In this document: piece by piece, positions 20,062 through 30,070 of the stretch
Layout of the letters: the number at the start of each line of letters is the position of its first letter
Position numbering within the stretch: the stretch's first letter is position 1
Assembly (NCBI GenBank): GCA_003009755.1
Contig: PXUB01000030.1
Span: 1-64,000, forward strand
Reading direction: 5' to 3'
Source: Thermoplasmatales archaeon SW_10_69_26
Lineage (GTDB): Archaea; Thermoplasmatota; SW-10-69-26
DNA length: 64,000 nucleotides
Notes under the pieces: generated by a model
Told to the model about the DNA's origin: nothing
The model's input: the letters and a program-made list of their open reading frames with translations, nothing else
Databases searched by the model: none
Program-made: the position numbers and the translations under genes

Positions 20062-20756
20062 GCGAGCATCCGACCGTGCGGTATCCCCCGGCCAAGGATG
20101 CTCGCAGTTCGGGCGGATCGGAGATCCGCCTTCCTTCGAGGGTCGGACCCGTGTGGTCGCCGCCGGGTCAGCGACCCTCGAAGTTCGCCAGAATCGTGTG
20201 CTCGGTGTCGGTTCGGGCTTCTGCGAGCATCGGACCGCACGGTGGGCACCGGTCAACGATGCTCGCAGTTCGCACGGCCTCGGCGGTGGGCGTGGTCGGC
20301 CGTGCTCTCCCGAGAGACCGCCTTCTGCGGACGCGAGGTGCCCGAGGGGCTGCGGTCTCTCGGGATTCGTACCCCCGGCTACATCCTATCCTCTGTGGAC
20401 GATGGCTGTGAGGATAGGATGTACGCGAGCATCCGACCGTGTGGTATCCCCCGGCCAAGGATGCTCGCAGTTCGCACGAACGCCCGGGCAAGTGGCACCC
20501 GGCGTTCGTGCTCTCCTCAGCTCCAGCTGTCGCTCTGTCGACCTGCTGGAGCTGAGGACGGTGGTTACCGGTGGTCGCTCGGGGTCTTCACATCAGGCCT
20601 CTGCGAGCATCGGACCGCACGGTGGGCACCGGTCAACGATGCTCGCAGTTCGTACGAACGTCGGCTCTCTCTCCACGAGGTCTGCAGAGCAGACGTTCGT
20701 ACTCCCGCTACATCCTATCCTCTGTGAGGCTGTGGCTGTGAGGATAGGATGTAGCG
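20062..20756. repeat. Mosaic array of hairpin modules 3' of tRNA-Arg(GCG)
   Basis: Four copies of gcgagcatc...gatgctcgcagttcg, two copies of tacatcctatcctc...gaggataggatgta, and other palindromes joined by 1-4 nt linkers. Confidence 0.9.
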
Positions 20757-20828
20757 GGCGCGCCGTGATTTGAACACGGGTCCTGGCCTCCGCAAGGCCG
20801 GAGGATATCCAAACTACCCTACGCGCCC
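20755..20828 (-). tRNA. tRNA-Arg(GCG)
   Basis: Cloverleaf GGGCGCG...UU-GCG-GA...GUUCAAAUC...CGCGCCC-G; CCA not encoded. Confidence 0.96.
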
Positions 20829-20899
20829 GGGCTGCATCCGCCGAAGAGAAGGGACCCCTTCTTAGCCCTTTGCACGGCTCGGGTGAGCCTCGCACGGCG

Positions 20900-21045
20900 C
20901 TACAGCTCGTCGCGGATCAGGCCGACGACGAGGAGCAGCGAGGCCAGGGCCAGCAACGCCACGAGCAGGCCGACGGCGGCCACCCAGCCGGTCTGGTCGA
21001 CCAGCGTCCCGGTCACGACGCTGCCGGAGGCTACCACGAGCCGGA
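20900..21045 (-). pseudogene. C-terminal remnant of a membrane (MFS-like) transporter
   Basis: ASGSVVTGTLVDQTGWVAAVGLLVALL resembles MFS TM11-12; no upstream body. Confidence 0.45.
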
Positions 21046-21107
21046 CGCGAGAGGGTCCCGTATGCTTTCCCCAGGGACCCAGCGCAGGGCCGACGAGCCT
21101 TCCGCCC

Positions 21108-21479
21108 TCAGCCGTCGGTGACCGGGTGGGCGACCGTGCTCGACAGCGCGTTCTCGGCCTGGCGGGAGTCCAGGCGGGTGTGCTGGACGACGACCGGGTG
21201 GTCGGCCTCGACGACGCTGGCGAAGGGCGTGGCCCTCGGGACCGGCTCGGGATCTCGCGCTCGTCGAACCGCAGGTGGCGGGTCCGATCGGCCCGCACCG
21301 TGGCCTCGTCGGGGCCCACCGGTTCGCGGTCGGGGAAGGGGATCGTCAGCTCGACCGAAGCATCCCGGTCGCCAGCGTCGAGGGGCAACGGTCTCGTGGC
21401 TGATCATCTCGGGTTCGGGCCCGTGGCTGCCCTCGGGGATGTAGCCTTCGGCGATCGCCCAGCGACGCTTGCCGATCAC
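21108..21479 (-). pseudogene. Sensory rhodopsin transducer (ASRT/DUF1362) homologue with two compensating frameshifts
   Basis: IGKRRWAIAEGYIP..SHGPEP..SHETV and PVVVQHTRLDSRQAENAL in one frame; the middle DREPVGP...RTRHLRF lies in another frame. Confidence 0.85.
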
Positions 21480-21597
21480 GGGATCCGACCCGAGGGCCCG
21501 CGGGGGCTTTGACAACCGACCGAGGCATACCTGTCGGCCCTCGCGAAGATGTCGGCCTGGCGTGATCTCAATACCCGATGCCTTGTGAGGGTTGGTC

Positions 21598-23451
21598 GTG
21601 GCCTATCGTCCGATCGCCGAGTACACCGCCATCGGGAATGACGACCGATGCGCGCTGGTCGATCGCCACGGCTCGATCGACTGGTGCTGTTTCCCCACCG
21701 TCGCCTCCCCGAGCGTGTTCGCTCGCATCCTCGACGACGAGGAGGGCGGCCACTTCTCGGTGCATCCCACGGCCACCTACGAGAGCGACCAGACCTACCT
21801 CGACTGGACCAACGTCCTCCAGACGGTGTTCCAGACCCGGACCGGCCGAGCCACCTTGACCGACTTCATGCCCGTCGGCGAACGCGGGAGCGTCCAGCGA
21901 TCGATCTACCGCCAACTTCGCTGCGACGAAGGCCGGCTGGGGTTCGAGGCCGAGTTCAAGCCCCGCCCCGACTACGGCCGCGCCGAGACCAAGGTCAAAC
22001 GACGACGCAACAGCATCGTCGCCGTCGGCGACGGGGACCGGCTGCACCTGCAGACGTGCGGCCCGATCCACCTCACCACCAGGGGCGACCGCGCCGTCGG
22101 GACCGGGACGATCGCCGAAGGCGAATCCGTCTGGTTCGTCGCCCAGCACGGACACTTCCAGAAGGTCACCGCCGAGGAATGCCACGAGCGCGAGGAGGCG
22201 ACCGTCGAGCACTGGCGCGAGTGGACCGAGGGCCTGAAGCCGCGTGTCGACCAGATCGTCGGCGACGAGCCCTGGCAGGAGGAGATCGTGCGCTCGGCGC
22301 TCGTGCTCAAGCTGTTGATCCACGAGTCCAGCGGTGCGATCTACGCCGCGCCCACGACCTCCCTCCCGGAGGCCTACGGCGGCACGCGCAACTGGGACTA
22401 CCGCTACAACTGGATCCGCGACGCGAAGTTCACCGTGCAGGTGCTCTACAACCTCGGCGAGACGAAGGAGGTCCAGGACTACTTCGACTGGTTCCGCGAG
22501 GTCAGCCACGAGGACCCCGAGCACATCCAGCCCGTCTACGGCGTGCACGGCGAACACGACCTGCCCGAGCACCAGCTCGACGACCTGGCCGGTCACCGGC
22601 ACTCGCAACCGGTCCGCGTCGGCAACGAAGCCGCCAACCAGCACCAGCTCGACGTCTACGGCGCGATCGTGCAGGGCCTGTACGAGACGCTGATCCACGA
22701 CGGCGGGCTCGACGGCGACGACTGGCGGTCGATCCGGTCGATCCTCAACCACGTCTGCAAGGTCTGGACGGAGCCCGACGAGGGGATCTGGGAGTTCCGC
22801 AAAGGGCCTCGCCACTACGTCCACTCCAAGCTGCTTTGCTGGGTGGCCCTCGACCGCGGCATCCGCATGGGCCGCCGCTACGACAAAGACGCCCCCTTGG
22901 GGCGATGGAGCAAGGAGAAGACCGAGATCCGCGAGGCGATCCTCGAGCACGGCTACAGCGAGGAAGCGAACACGTTCGTGCAGCACTTCGAGACCGACGA
23001 CCTGCTCGACGCCACGGGGCTTTTGATCCCGATCTACGGCTTCCTCCCGACGAAGGACGAGCGCGTACAGAACACCATCCAGCGCGTCATCAGCCGGTTG
23101 CTGACCCCCGAGGGCCTCGTCTACCGGACACGGCAAGAGGCCGAGGCCGACGGCCGCGGCGCCTTCCTGATGTGCTCGTTCTGGCTGGTCAACGCGCTCG
23201 TCCTCGACGGCCGCGAAGAGAAGGCGCGCGAGATCTTCCAGGGGATCCTCAGCCACGTCGACCGGCCGACCCTGTTGGCCGAACGCATCGACCCCGACAC
23301 GAGCGAGTTCCTCGGCAACTACCCGCAAGCGTTCAGCCACATCGGCCTGATCAACAGCGCGATCTACCTCTCCAGCGCCTCCAACGAGCGCAACCCCGAG
23401 CACGACCCCGTCGAGGACGGGCCCGACCTCACGCCCCTGTTCCGGATCTAA
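21598..23451 (+). CDS. Glycoside hydrolase family 15 (trehalase/glucoamylase-like)
   Basis: GSIDWCCFP, AAPTTSLPE, RNWDYRYNWIRD, GIWEFR, LGNYPQAFSH. Confidence 0.95.
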   Translation: MAYRPIAEYTAIGNDDRCALVDRHGSIDWCCFPTVASPSVFARILDDEEGGHFSVHPTATYESDQTYLDWTNVLQTVFQTRTGRATLTDFMPVGERGSVQRSIYRQLRCDEGRLGFEAEFKPRPDYGRAETKVKRRRNSIVAVGDGDRLHLQTCGPIHLTTRGDRAVGTGTIAEGESVWFVAQHGHFQKVTAEECHEREEATVEHWREWTEGLKPRVDQIVGDEPWQEEIVRSALVLKLLIHESSGAIYAAPTTSLPEAYGGTRNWDYRYNWIRDAKFTVQVLYNLGETKEVQDYFDWFREVSHEDPEHIQPVYGVHGEHDLPEHQLDDLAGHRHSQPVRVGNEAANQHQLDVYGAIVQGLYETLIHDGGLDGDDWRSIRSILNHVCKVWTEPDEGIWEFRKGPRHYVHSKLLCWVALDRGIRMGRRYDKDAPLGRWSKEKTEIREAILEHGYSEEANTFVQHFETDDLLDATGLLIPIYGFLPTKDERVQNTIQRVISRLLTPEGLVYRTRQEAEADGRGAFLMCSFWLVNALVLDGREEKAREIFQGILSHVDRPTLLAERIDPDTSEFLGNYPQAFSHIGLINSAIYLSSASNERNPEHDPVEDGPDLTPLFRI

Positions 23452-25016
23452 GGCTGCACGGCCTCGCCGGGCCGCTGCAGACAGGTCGTCATGACGTCGG
23501 CCTTCTCGTTCCGTGTGTCGACCCAGGCCGGCCAGGCGCACTCGACCGAGCTGTCGATCTCGATGTAGTCGCCGAGGAACGTGAACCCGCCCTGGTGCTT
23601 GCTGTAGGAGGGGTCGCTGGAGACGTCGGTCACCCGGGACTCCATCGACCAGGACTCGCCTCCGTCCACGCTGTAGCGGTGGTAGACGTCCAGCAGACGG
23701 TTGTCCTCGTCGTGGCGGCGGTCGTACCAGGACACGTCGACCACACCGTTGGGGTTGACGCTGATCGTCGGCAGGAACTGGTCGTTCTCGGTCGCGTCCT
23801 CGTTCAACGGGATCGGATCGCTCCACGTCTCGCCGCCGTCGCTGCTGCGCGTGAAGAACACGTCACGGTGCCCGTCAGGCGTGGCCGCGTACACCATGTA
23901 CACGTTCCCGTCGTGGGGGCCTCCGGTCTCGTCGGCCTCCACCATGCAGATCTGCCCGCTGCGGTACTCGGCCTCCATGCCCTCGTCGACGGCGTGCACG
24001 ACCTTCTCCCAGTCCCCGAAGCTCTCGCCGCCGTCGGTGCTCTTCGCCAGGTAGGGCCCCTCGCTCGTGCAACCGCTCACGTAGACGGTGCTCTGGGAGC
24101 CGGTGGCGACGAACAGCTGGCTCGGACTCGTGCTCTCGGCGGGCGTGTTGTTGAGCGCCTCGGGCGTGCTCAGGGACGTCGGGAGGTTGTCGAGCAGGAC
24201 CGGGCCCTCCCAGGTCTCGCCCTGGTCGTTGGACTTGTAGACGAGGTTGCCGGGCGTGAAGATGCCGTCCCAGGCGACGTAGACGGTGCCGGTCTCCTGG
24301 TCGGCGGCGATCCACTGCCGGTCGTGGAAGTTGACGGGGAACGTGCCCGAATCGATGAGGGTGACGTCGCTGATCGTCTCGCCGCCGTCGTGGCTGACCA
24401 TGACGCCGATGCTCACCCGGTTGAACGCGACGTCGTTCAGCCCGCTGCAGGGGACCGCGCCCGTTTCGTTGTTCACCGCGCACGTCGCCGTCTCGCCCAA
24501 CGCGCTGCCCGTGACCGGGTCGCCCTGGTAGGCCAGGAAGGTGTAGTACATCGTGCCCTCGGGCCCGAACTCGACCACCGGATCGGACATGCACCAGTAC
24601 TGGCTGGCCTCGTTGGCCTCGAAGGCCGAGCGGTTGTTCATCGCCAACCACGGCGAACCGGGCAGGTTGCGGCTGTCGAAGGTCTCCCCGCCGTCCTGCG
24701 TCACATAGATGCCGTCCCAGACGCAGTCGCCGGCCGACTCGGGGTAGTAGTCCTTGGCGCCGGCGACGACGTTGTCCGCGTCGGCCGGGTTGACGGCGAC
24801 CGTGACCTCGTTGCCCTCGCGATCGGGCTCGTTCAGCGTGTCGTAGTTGCAGGACTGGTTCCCGCCGCGCTCGACGCACCGAGGTTCGGCGGCCACCAGC
24901 TCCTCGTCCTCGAGGACCGAGGCCTCCTCGAGGCTCTCGTCCTCGGCTCCGATGCAGCCAGCCAGCATCGGGGACACCAGAGCCAGCGCGAGCGCGACAG
25001 CGACGGTCGAACGCAT
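23448..25016 (-). CDS. BNR/Asp-box repeat (sialidase-like) lipoprotein
   Basis: LAGC lipobox; SxDGGETW repeats; WYDRR; FLGDY. Confidence 0.85.
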   Translation of the reverse strand: MRSTVAVALALALVSPMLAGCIGAEDESLEEASVLEDEELVAAEPRCVERGGNQSCNYDTLNEPDREGNEVTVAVNPADADNVVAGAKDYYPESAGDCVWDGIYVTQDGGETFDSRNLPGSPWLAMNNRSAFEANEASQYWCMSDPVVEFGPEGTMYYTFLAYQGDPVTGSALGETATCAVNNETGAVPCSGLNDVAFNRVSIGVMVSHDGGETISDVTLIDSGTFPVNFHDRQWIAADQETGTVYVAWDGIFTPGNLVYKSNDQGETWEGPVLLDNLPTSLSTPEALNNTPAESTSPSQLFVATGSQSTVYVSGCTSEGPYLAKSTDGGESFGDWEKVVHAVDEGMEAEYRSGQICMVEADETGGPHDGNVYMVYAATPDGHRDVFFTRSSDGGETWSDPIPLNEDATENDQFLPTISVNPNGVVDVSWYDRRHDEDNRLLDVYHRYSVDGGESWSMESRVTDVSSDPSYSKHQGGFTFLGDYIEIDSSVECAWPAWVDTRNEKADVMTTCLQRPGEAVQP

Positions 25017-25146
25017 CGGCCCTCCATCGCCGGGCAGCCCTTTGAAAGCTGCTGTGCAACAGGTCTCCGGGTCGTCCCATCGAGCCTGTGGTTTGTCCCT
25101 CAAACGCTTCACCCCACGTCCGGTCTCCCCTCGGTGAGTGATCCCG

Positions 25147-25836
25147 ATGGCTTCGAAGACGCGCGCGATCCTCCTGGCTGTCGTGTTGTTGGGCGCCGGG
25201 CTGGCCGGGTGTGCAGAGACCGACGACACCGGCACCGACGACACGACCGATGACGAAGACACCGGGGACCGAGATACCGGCGACCGCGACACCGGGGAGC
25301 GGGACACGGGTGAGCGCGACATCGGTGACCAGAACCAGACCGATCGCAACGATACCGGTACCCAAGACGCCCAGATGCAGGACTACAACGAGACCTTCGA
25401 GGGCACGATCGACGGTGAGAACCACGAGGAGAACTTCACGTTCCCGGTCAACGACTCCCAGGCCAACCTCACGGTCGAAGCCAACCTGCAGGGTGACGCG
25501 GTCGACGACTTCGAGGCCACCGTCTGGGACGCCGAGATGGAAGAGGTCTGCACGGTCTCCGACAGCGGCACCGACGTGGGAACCGGCATGGGTGACGACG
25601 AAAGCCGCTGCGAAGAGGCGACCCAGAACATGGGGAACTACACCCTGCAGGTCTGGGGCAACTCCACCACCGAGGACGCCGACTACACGCTCAACGTGAC
25701 CGTGGAGTACGGCGACCAGCAGACCACGACCGACGACACCGGCAACGGCGGCGACGATCGCCAGACCGATCCGCGGCAGACCGACGAGCGGCGGACCGGC
25801 GACGCGGACGGGTCCGACGACGGTATCTACAACTGA
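25147..25836 (+). CDS. Acidic lipoprotein with GDRDT pentapeptide repeats and a PPC-like beta domain
   Basis: LAGC lipobox; (GD/ERDT)n; GNYTLQV...YTLNVTVEY. Confidence 0.75.
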   Translation: MASKTRAILLAVVLLGAGLAGCAETDDTGTDDTTDDEDTGDRDTGDRDTGERDTGERDIGDQNQTDRNDTGTQDAQMQDYNETFEGTIDGENHEENFTFPVNDSQANLTVEANLQGDAVDDFEATVWDAEMEEVCTVSDSGTDVGTGMGDDESRCEEATQNMGNYTLQVWGNSTTEDADYTLNVTVEYGDQQTTTDDTGNGGDDRQTDPRQTDERRTGDADGSDDGIYN

Positions 25837-26049
25837 GCTCTCGGTCGGGCCGCCGTCGACACCCGACCCGGGCCGGGGCCCCAGGGGCCAGGGTCTGTCT
25901 TGCCCTCTGTTCTCATCGGCGACGGAGCGAGGGACACCGTCGCGCCGAGGCCACGCTGAGGCCGGATCGTCCACGGTCAGATGTTCGGGACGTCCACGCA
26001 GCGATCCCCGCGTGCGCTCGAGCCCGCTCGGCGAAGGAGACGTTCTTCC

Positions 26050-26272
26050 ATCGAGGGTTGGACCCAAGCGATGGGAGCCGGGTCAACAACCCTCGAAGTT
26101 CGCCCGAACCGGGCGCTAGATGTCGGTTCGGGCTCCCGCGAGCGTCAGACCGTGTGGTATCCTCCGGCCAAGGATGCTCGCAGCTCGCACGAACGCCCGG
26201 GCAAGTGGCGCCGGGCGTTCGTGCTCTCCTCAGCTCCAGCTGTCGCTCTGTCGACCTGCTGGAGCTGAGGAC
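26050..26272. repeat. Mosaic hairpin array 3' of tRNA-Arg(CCG)
   Basis: Same modules as 20134-20220 and 20425-20561, near-identical over about 135 bp. Confidence 0.9.
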
Positions 26273-26345
26273 GGGCGCGACGAGATTCGAACTCGTGTCC
26301 AAGGCTCCGGAAGCCCTAAGGATATCCAGACTACCCTACGCGCCC
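26272..26345 (-). tRNA. tRNA-Arg(CCG)
   Basis: Cloverleaf GGGCGCG...UU-CCG-GA...GUUCGAAUC...CGCGCCC-G. Confidence 0.96.
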
Positions 26346-26522
26346 GAGCTGGCGAGCCATCGGGCCCTCGTATGAAAACGTGATGGCCGAGCTCAGAAGG
26401 CCCATCGCTCGGGAGGGCCGTCAGCACCCTCCGGCCGCGCCCGCTCTGGTCGGCCCGCCGTCCGGTTCCGGTGCCGCCCGGTTCACGCTGTGGCTGCCCG
26501 AGCGGGAGCCGCGCCCCGTCGA

Positions 26523-27674
26523 CTAGGCCCGACCGGCAGCGTCGATGGCCCGATCGAGATCCTCGAGAAGGTCGTCGATGCTCTCGATGCCGACGCTCAA
26601 CCGGATCAGCCCGTCCGTGATGCCAAGCTCGCGGCGGACGTCGGCCGGCACGCTGGCGTGCGTCATCTCGGCCGGGTGGTTGGCCAGCGACTCGACGGCG
26701 CCCAGCGACTCGGCGCAGTGGAACACCTCGACGAGCTCGAAGAACGCCTGCGCCCCGTCGAACCCGTTGGGCACCTCGAAGCTCACCATGCCACCGTAGC
26801 CGTCCATCTGGTCGGCGGCGACGTCGTGGTTGGGATGATCCTCGAAGCCCGGCCACAGCACCCGGTCGACATCGTCGCGCTCGCGCAGGTGCTCGGCGAC
26901 GGCGCGCGCGTTCTCGCAGTGGCGATCCATGCGGACGCCCAACGTCTTGAGCCCACGCAGCACCTGGTAGCAATCGAACGGGCTCGGCACCGGCCCCATC
27001 GAGTTCTGGTCGAAGTGGATCTGCTCGCTGAGGGACTCGTCGTCCCACACGAGCGCCCCCCCGACCACGTCGCTGTGCCCACCCAGGTACTTGGTGGCGC
27101 TGTGCCAGACGATGTCGGCCCCCAGCTCGAGCGGGCTCTGCAGGTGCGGGCTGGCGAACGTGTTGTCGATCACGCTCACCGCGCCCACCCGATCGGCCTG
27201 CTCGGTCACCCGCTCGATGTCCACGATCTTCAACAGCGGGTTCGTCGGCGTCTCCGCGACGACGAGATCCGTGTCGTCCGTGATCGCCTGCCGGGCCGCC
27301 TTCGGATCGGCGAGGTCGGCGAACTCGACCTCGACGCCGAACGGGGCCAGGTTCTTCGTCAGATAGCGCCGGGTTCCGCCGTAGCAGTCCTCCTCGCACA
27401 CGAGCCGGTCGCCGGCTTCCAGCAGGTGGCCCAACGCCGTGCACGCGGCCATGCCGCTGGCGTAGGCCGCCGCATCCACGCCGCCCTCCAGCTCCGCTAG
27501 CGCGTCCTCGAGCCGGGACCGCGTCGGGTTGTCGGTGCGTGAGTACTCGAACCCGCGATCCTCGCCCGGACCGTCTTGAGCGAACGTCGTCGACAGGTGG
27601 ATCGGTGGCACCACAGCCCCGGTCTCGGGGTCGGGCTCGCTCCCGGCGTGCACGTAGCGGGTGGGCTTCCGCAT
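26523..27674 (-). CDS. Cystathionine gamma-lyase/synthase (PLP transsulfuration enzyme)
   Basis: YSRTDNPT, SGMAA, ETPTNP, DNTFASP, SATKYLGGHSD, ESLG. Confidence 0.93.
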   Translation of the reverse strand: MRKPTRYVHAGSEPDPETGAVVPPIHLSTTFAQDGPGEDRGFEYSRTDNPTRSRLEDALAELEGGVDAAAYASGMAACTALGHLLEAGDRLVCEEDCYGGTRRYLTKNLAPFGVEVEFADLADPKAARQAITDDTDLVVAETPTNPLLKIVDIERVTEQADRVGAVSVIDNTFASPHLQSPLELGADIVWHSATKYLGGHSDVVGGALVWDDESLSEQIHFDQNSMGPVPSPFDCYQVLRGLKTLGVRMDRHCENARAVAEHLRERDDVDRVLWPGFEDHPNHDVAADQMDGYGGMVSFEVPNGFDGAQAFFELVEVFHCAESLGAVESLANHPAEMTHASVPADVRRELGITDGLIRLSVGIESIDDLLEDLDRAIDAAGRA

Positions 27675-27778
27675 GCAGCCCGAATGGGCCTCTGGGCATG
27701 AAAGGCGCGGTCCGACGGTGTGTGTCACAGGCCGAGGTGACCCAGGGTTTAGGGACCGCCAGGGACCCCATCTCGACG

Positions 27779-29455
27779 ATGGAGAGCTTGGTCTGCCGGC
27801 TCCTGGCTGGAGCTGCCGTCGTCGCGGTGCTGGTCGTCGCCTCGCCTGCGAGCGCCGAGGAGGGGCCGAGCTTCGAGGATACCGTCATCCTGGAGGGTTC
27901 GCAGCTCGCGGACTGGGCCAGCGAGCACGGCCTCGAGGGCGAGGGCTCGGCCTCGGACCCCTATCGGCTCTCGCGCTGCTCCTTCGCCGCAGGCTTCGGC
28001 CTGGTCGACACCGAGGCTCACCTCCTGGTCGAGGATTGCACCATCGAAGGCCAGGGGGAGCTCGGGAACCGGTCGGAGGTCTGCGAGAGCTCTCGCTGCG
28101 GCGAGAACAGCGCCCTCCTCCTGGCCGGGGTCTCGAACGTGACCGTGCGCTCCAGCACGATGACCCACGACGGGTGGGAGGCCGTCGCGCTCGTCGGGGC
28201 CAGCGGCGTCGTGCTCGAGGGCAACACACTGCAGTCCCCGCGACTAGGCCTCCTCGCCGTCGAGAGCGCGAACAACACCGTCGAAGGCAACGTCCTCGAC
28301 GGGAGCTTCCGCCTCGTGCGTTCCCAAGCGTCCCTCTTCACGGCCAACACCGTCCGATCCGACGGCCTCAAGGCGTCCGTGAAACACGGCGCGGGGAACA
28401 CCTTGCAAGCGAACACAATCGCGGGCGAAACCCCCCTCGAGGTCCAGGGATCCCGAGCAACCGTGCTTCAGGGGAACGAGTTCGACGGCGGTGAGGTCGA
28501 GGTCCGTGTCGAGACAGGTCTCGGCGCAGGGATCTTCGCCCTCCCGACCGACGTCGAGCGACCGTCCGCCCCGGCCATCCCTGACCGGAGCAACCGCCTG
28601 GCCGACAATACGTTCACAGAGACGAGCGACCTGGAGTGCTCGCACGCCGACACCTGGCGGATCGTCGGGAACCGTTTCCTGGGAGCCGACGGTCCCTCGG
28701 TCACCCTTGCATGGGACTGCTCGATCGTTCTGGCTGACAACACGTTCGAGGCGGGCGACATCGGGGTCGAGGCGAAGGACACCCCCGGTCGGGTCGTCCT
28801 CGAGAACAACACGTTCCGCGACCAGGCCGAGCGGGGCGTCGTCCTCCGCCAAGGAGCCGACGGCGCGAGGGTCGCCAACAACACGTTCCACGGGCACCCC
28901 TCGGCCGGCCTGAGGGTCGAGAACGGCGACGACGTCGTCGTCGACGGGAACGAGTTCGAGGCCACCGACACCGCGATCCTCCTCCGGGGATCCAGGGGCA
29001 CGGAGATCACCGGCAACGAGGTGAACGCGACCAGCGTCGGGCTCCACCTCGGCGATCGGACGTCCGGGATCGAGGTGACCGGCAACCACCTCTTCGCCGG
29101 GGCCAACGGCAGGTCGGGCTCCGCGATCGTCATCGACGAGGACGGCGCAGACGAGACGTTGGTCTACGACAACGTGATCGGTGACGGTGGCATCGGCGGG
29201 CAGCCGGGGCCGCGCGTGGAATGGAACGTCTCCGCGAGGGACGAGACCAACGTGATCGGCGGCCCCTCGGTCGGCGGCAACCACTGGTGCGCTCCAGGCA
29301 ACTTCGACGCCGACCTCGACGGGTTCGGCGAGATCCCGGTCGGCCCCGACCTCGCCGACACCCTCCCGCTCGTCCCCTACCCCACGGTGACGCCGAAGTC
29401 TTGGCTGGTGTTCAGCTCCTTGGTGCTCCGCCCGACCGAGATCTGCCAGCCCTGA
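27779..29455 (+). CDS. Secreted right-handed beta-helix (NosD/CASH) protein
   Basis: Signal peptide; GSASDPY; repeated xGN/xNNTF strands; GGNHW. Confidence 0.85.
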   Translation: MESLVCRLLAGAAVVAVLVVASPASAEEGPSFEDTVILEGSQLADWASEHGLEGEGSASDPYRLSRCSFAAGFGLVDTEAHLLVEDCTIEGQGELGNRSEVCESSRCGENSALLLAGVSNVTVRSSTMTHDGWEAVALVGASGVVLEGNTLQSPRLGLLAVESANNTVEGNVLDGSFRLVRSQASLFTANTVRSDGLKASVKHGAGNTLQANTIAGETPLEVQGSRATVLQGNEFDGGEVEVRVETGLGAGIFALPTDVERPSAPAIPDRSNRLADNTFTETSDLECSHADTWRIVGNRFLGADGPSVTLAWDCSIVLADNTFEAGDIGVEAKDTPGRVVLENNTFRDQAERGVVLRQGADGARVANNTFHGHPSAGLRVENGDDVVVDGNEFEATDTAILLRGSRGTEITGNEVNATSVGLHLGDRTSGIEVTGNHLFAGANGRSGSAIVIDEDGADETLVYDNVIGDGGIGGQPGPRVEWNVSARDETNVIGGPSVGGNHWCAPGNFDADLDGFGEIPVGPDLADTLPLVPYPTVTPKSWLVFSSLVLRPTEICQP

Positions 29456-29561
29456 TCGCGGGATCTACGAGCCTCTCGCATGCGGCTGCGGCCAGGCACA
29501 ACGCTTTAACGCCGACGCCCCATGCTCAAGTCCCCTTTCGGGTACTCAAGGAGGCTTGACC

Positions 29562-30068
29562 ATGAAGCGTGTCCTCACCGCGACCGTCCTGGCGGCGCTC
29601 GTGGCCCTGATGGGCCTGACCCCAACCGTCGCCTCCGCCGCCGAGACCAGTTCCACGACCGAGATCACCCTCCGCGCCGCCCCCGCCGGCCCCGTCGTGC
29701 CCAGCGTGTTCTTCGTGAACAACGAGGCCCAGTGGATCCACGACCCCGCCGAGGACGGCTCGCTCGACGACATCGACGGCGTGGCCGGTTGCCAGCTGTC
29801 CGTCACCGACGCGAACGGCAACGGCGCCGTCGACGGCGCCGACGTCCTCGACCGCGCCGAGGCGACCGGCTGCATCACCAGCTGGGACGGCCGCGACGAC
29901 GCCAGTTGCACCGACGGCACCCCCGTCTTCGTCGCCGAGGTCGACGGCCTCGAGGAGGTCTTCCCCGCCACGTTCTGGGCCCTGCACCTCAACGGGCAGG
30001 CCGCCAGCGTCGGCGTCTGCGACCTCGCCCTCCAGGACGGCGACTCGCTCGGCTTCGTCTACGAGTGA
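29562..30068 (+). CDS. Secreted DUF4430 (transcobalamin beta-domain-like) protein
   Basis: Signal peptide; FVAEVDGL...FWALHLNG..ASVGV..L.L.DGD.L.FVY. Confidence 0.8.
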   Translation: MKRVLTATVLAALVALMGLTPTVASAAETSSTTEITLRAAPAGPVVPSVFFVNNEAQWIHDPAEDGSLDDIDGVAGCQLSVTDANGNGAVDGADVLDRAEATGCITSWDGRDDASCTDGTPVFVAEVDGLEEVFPATFWALHLNGQAASVGVCDLALQDGDSLGFVYE

Positions 30069-30070
30069 CG

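Noticed and set aside
20062-20756. CRISPR array
   Set aside because: Repeats are of several types and irregularly spaced, intervening sequences are themselves repeated hairpins, and no cas genes are present
20829-26271. Integrated element between the two tRNA-Arg genes
   Set aside because: No integrase, normal composition, and both tRNAs are complete with different anticodons
29455-29562. Cobalamin riboswitch upstream of the ECF operon
   Set aside because: Only about 100 bp with a TTTAA box and no B12-box consensus
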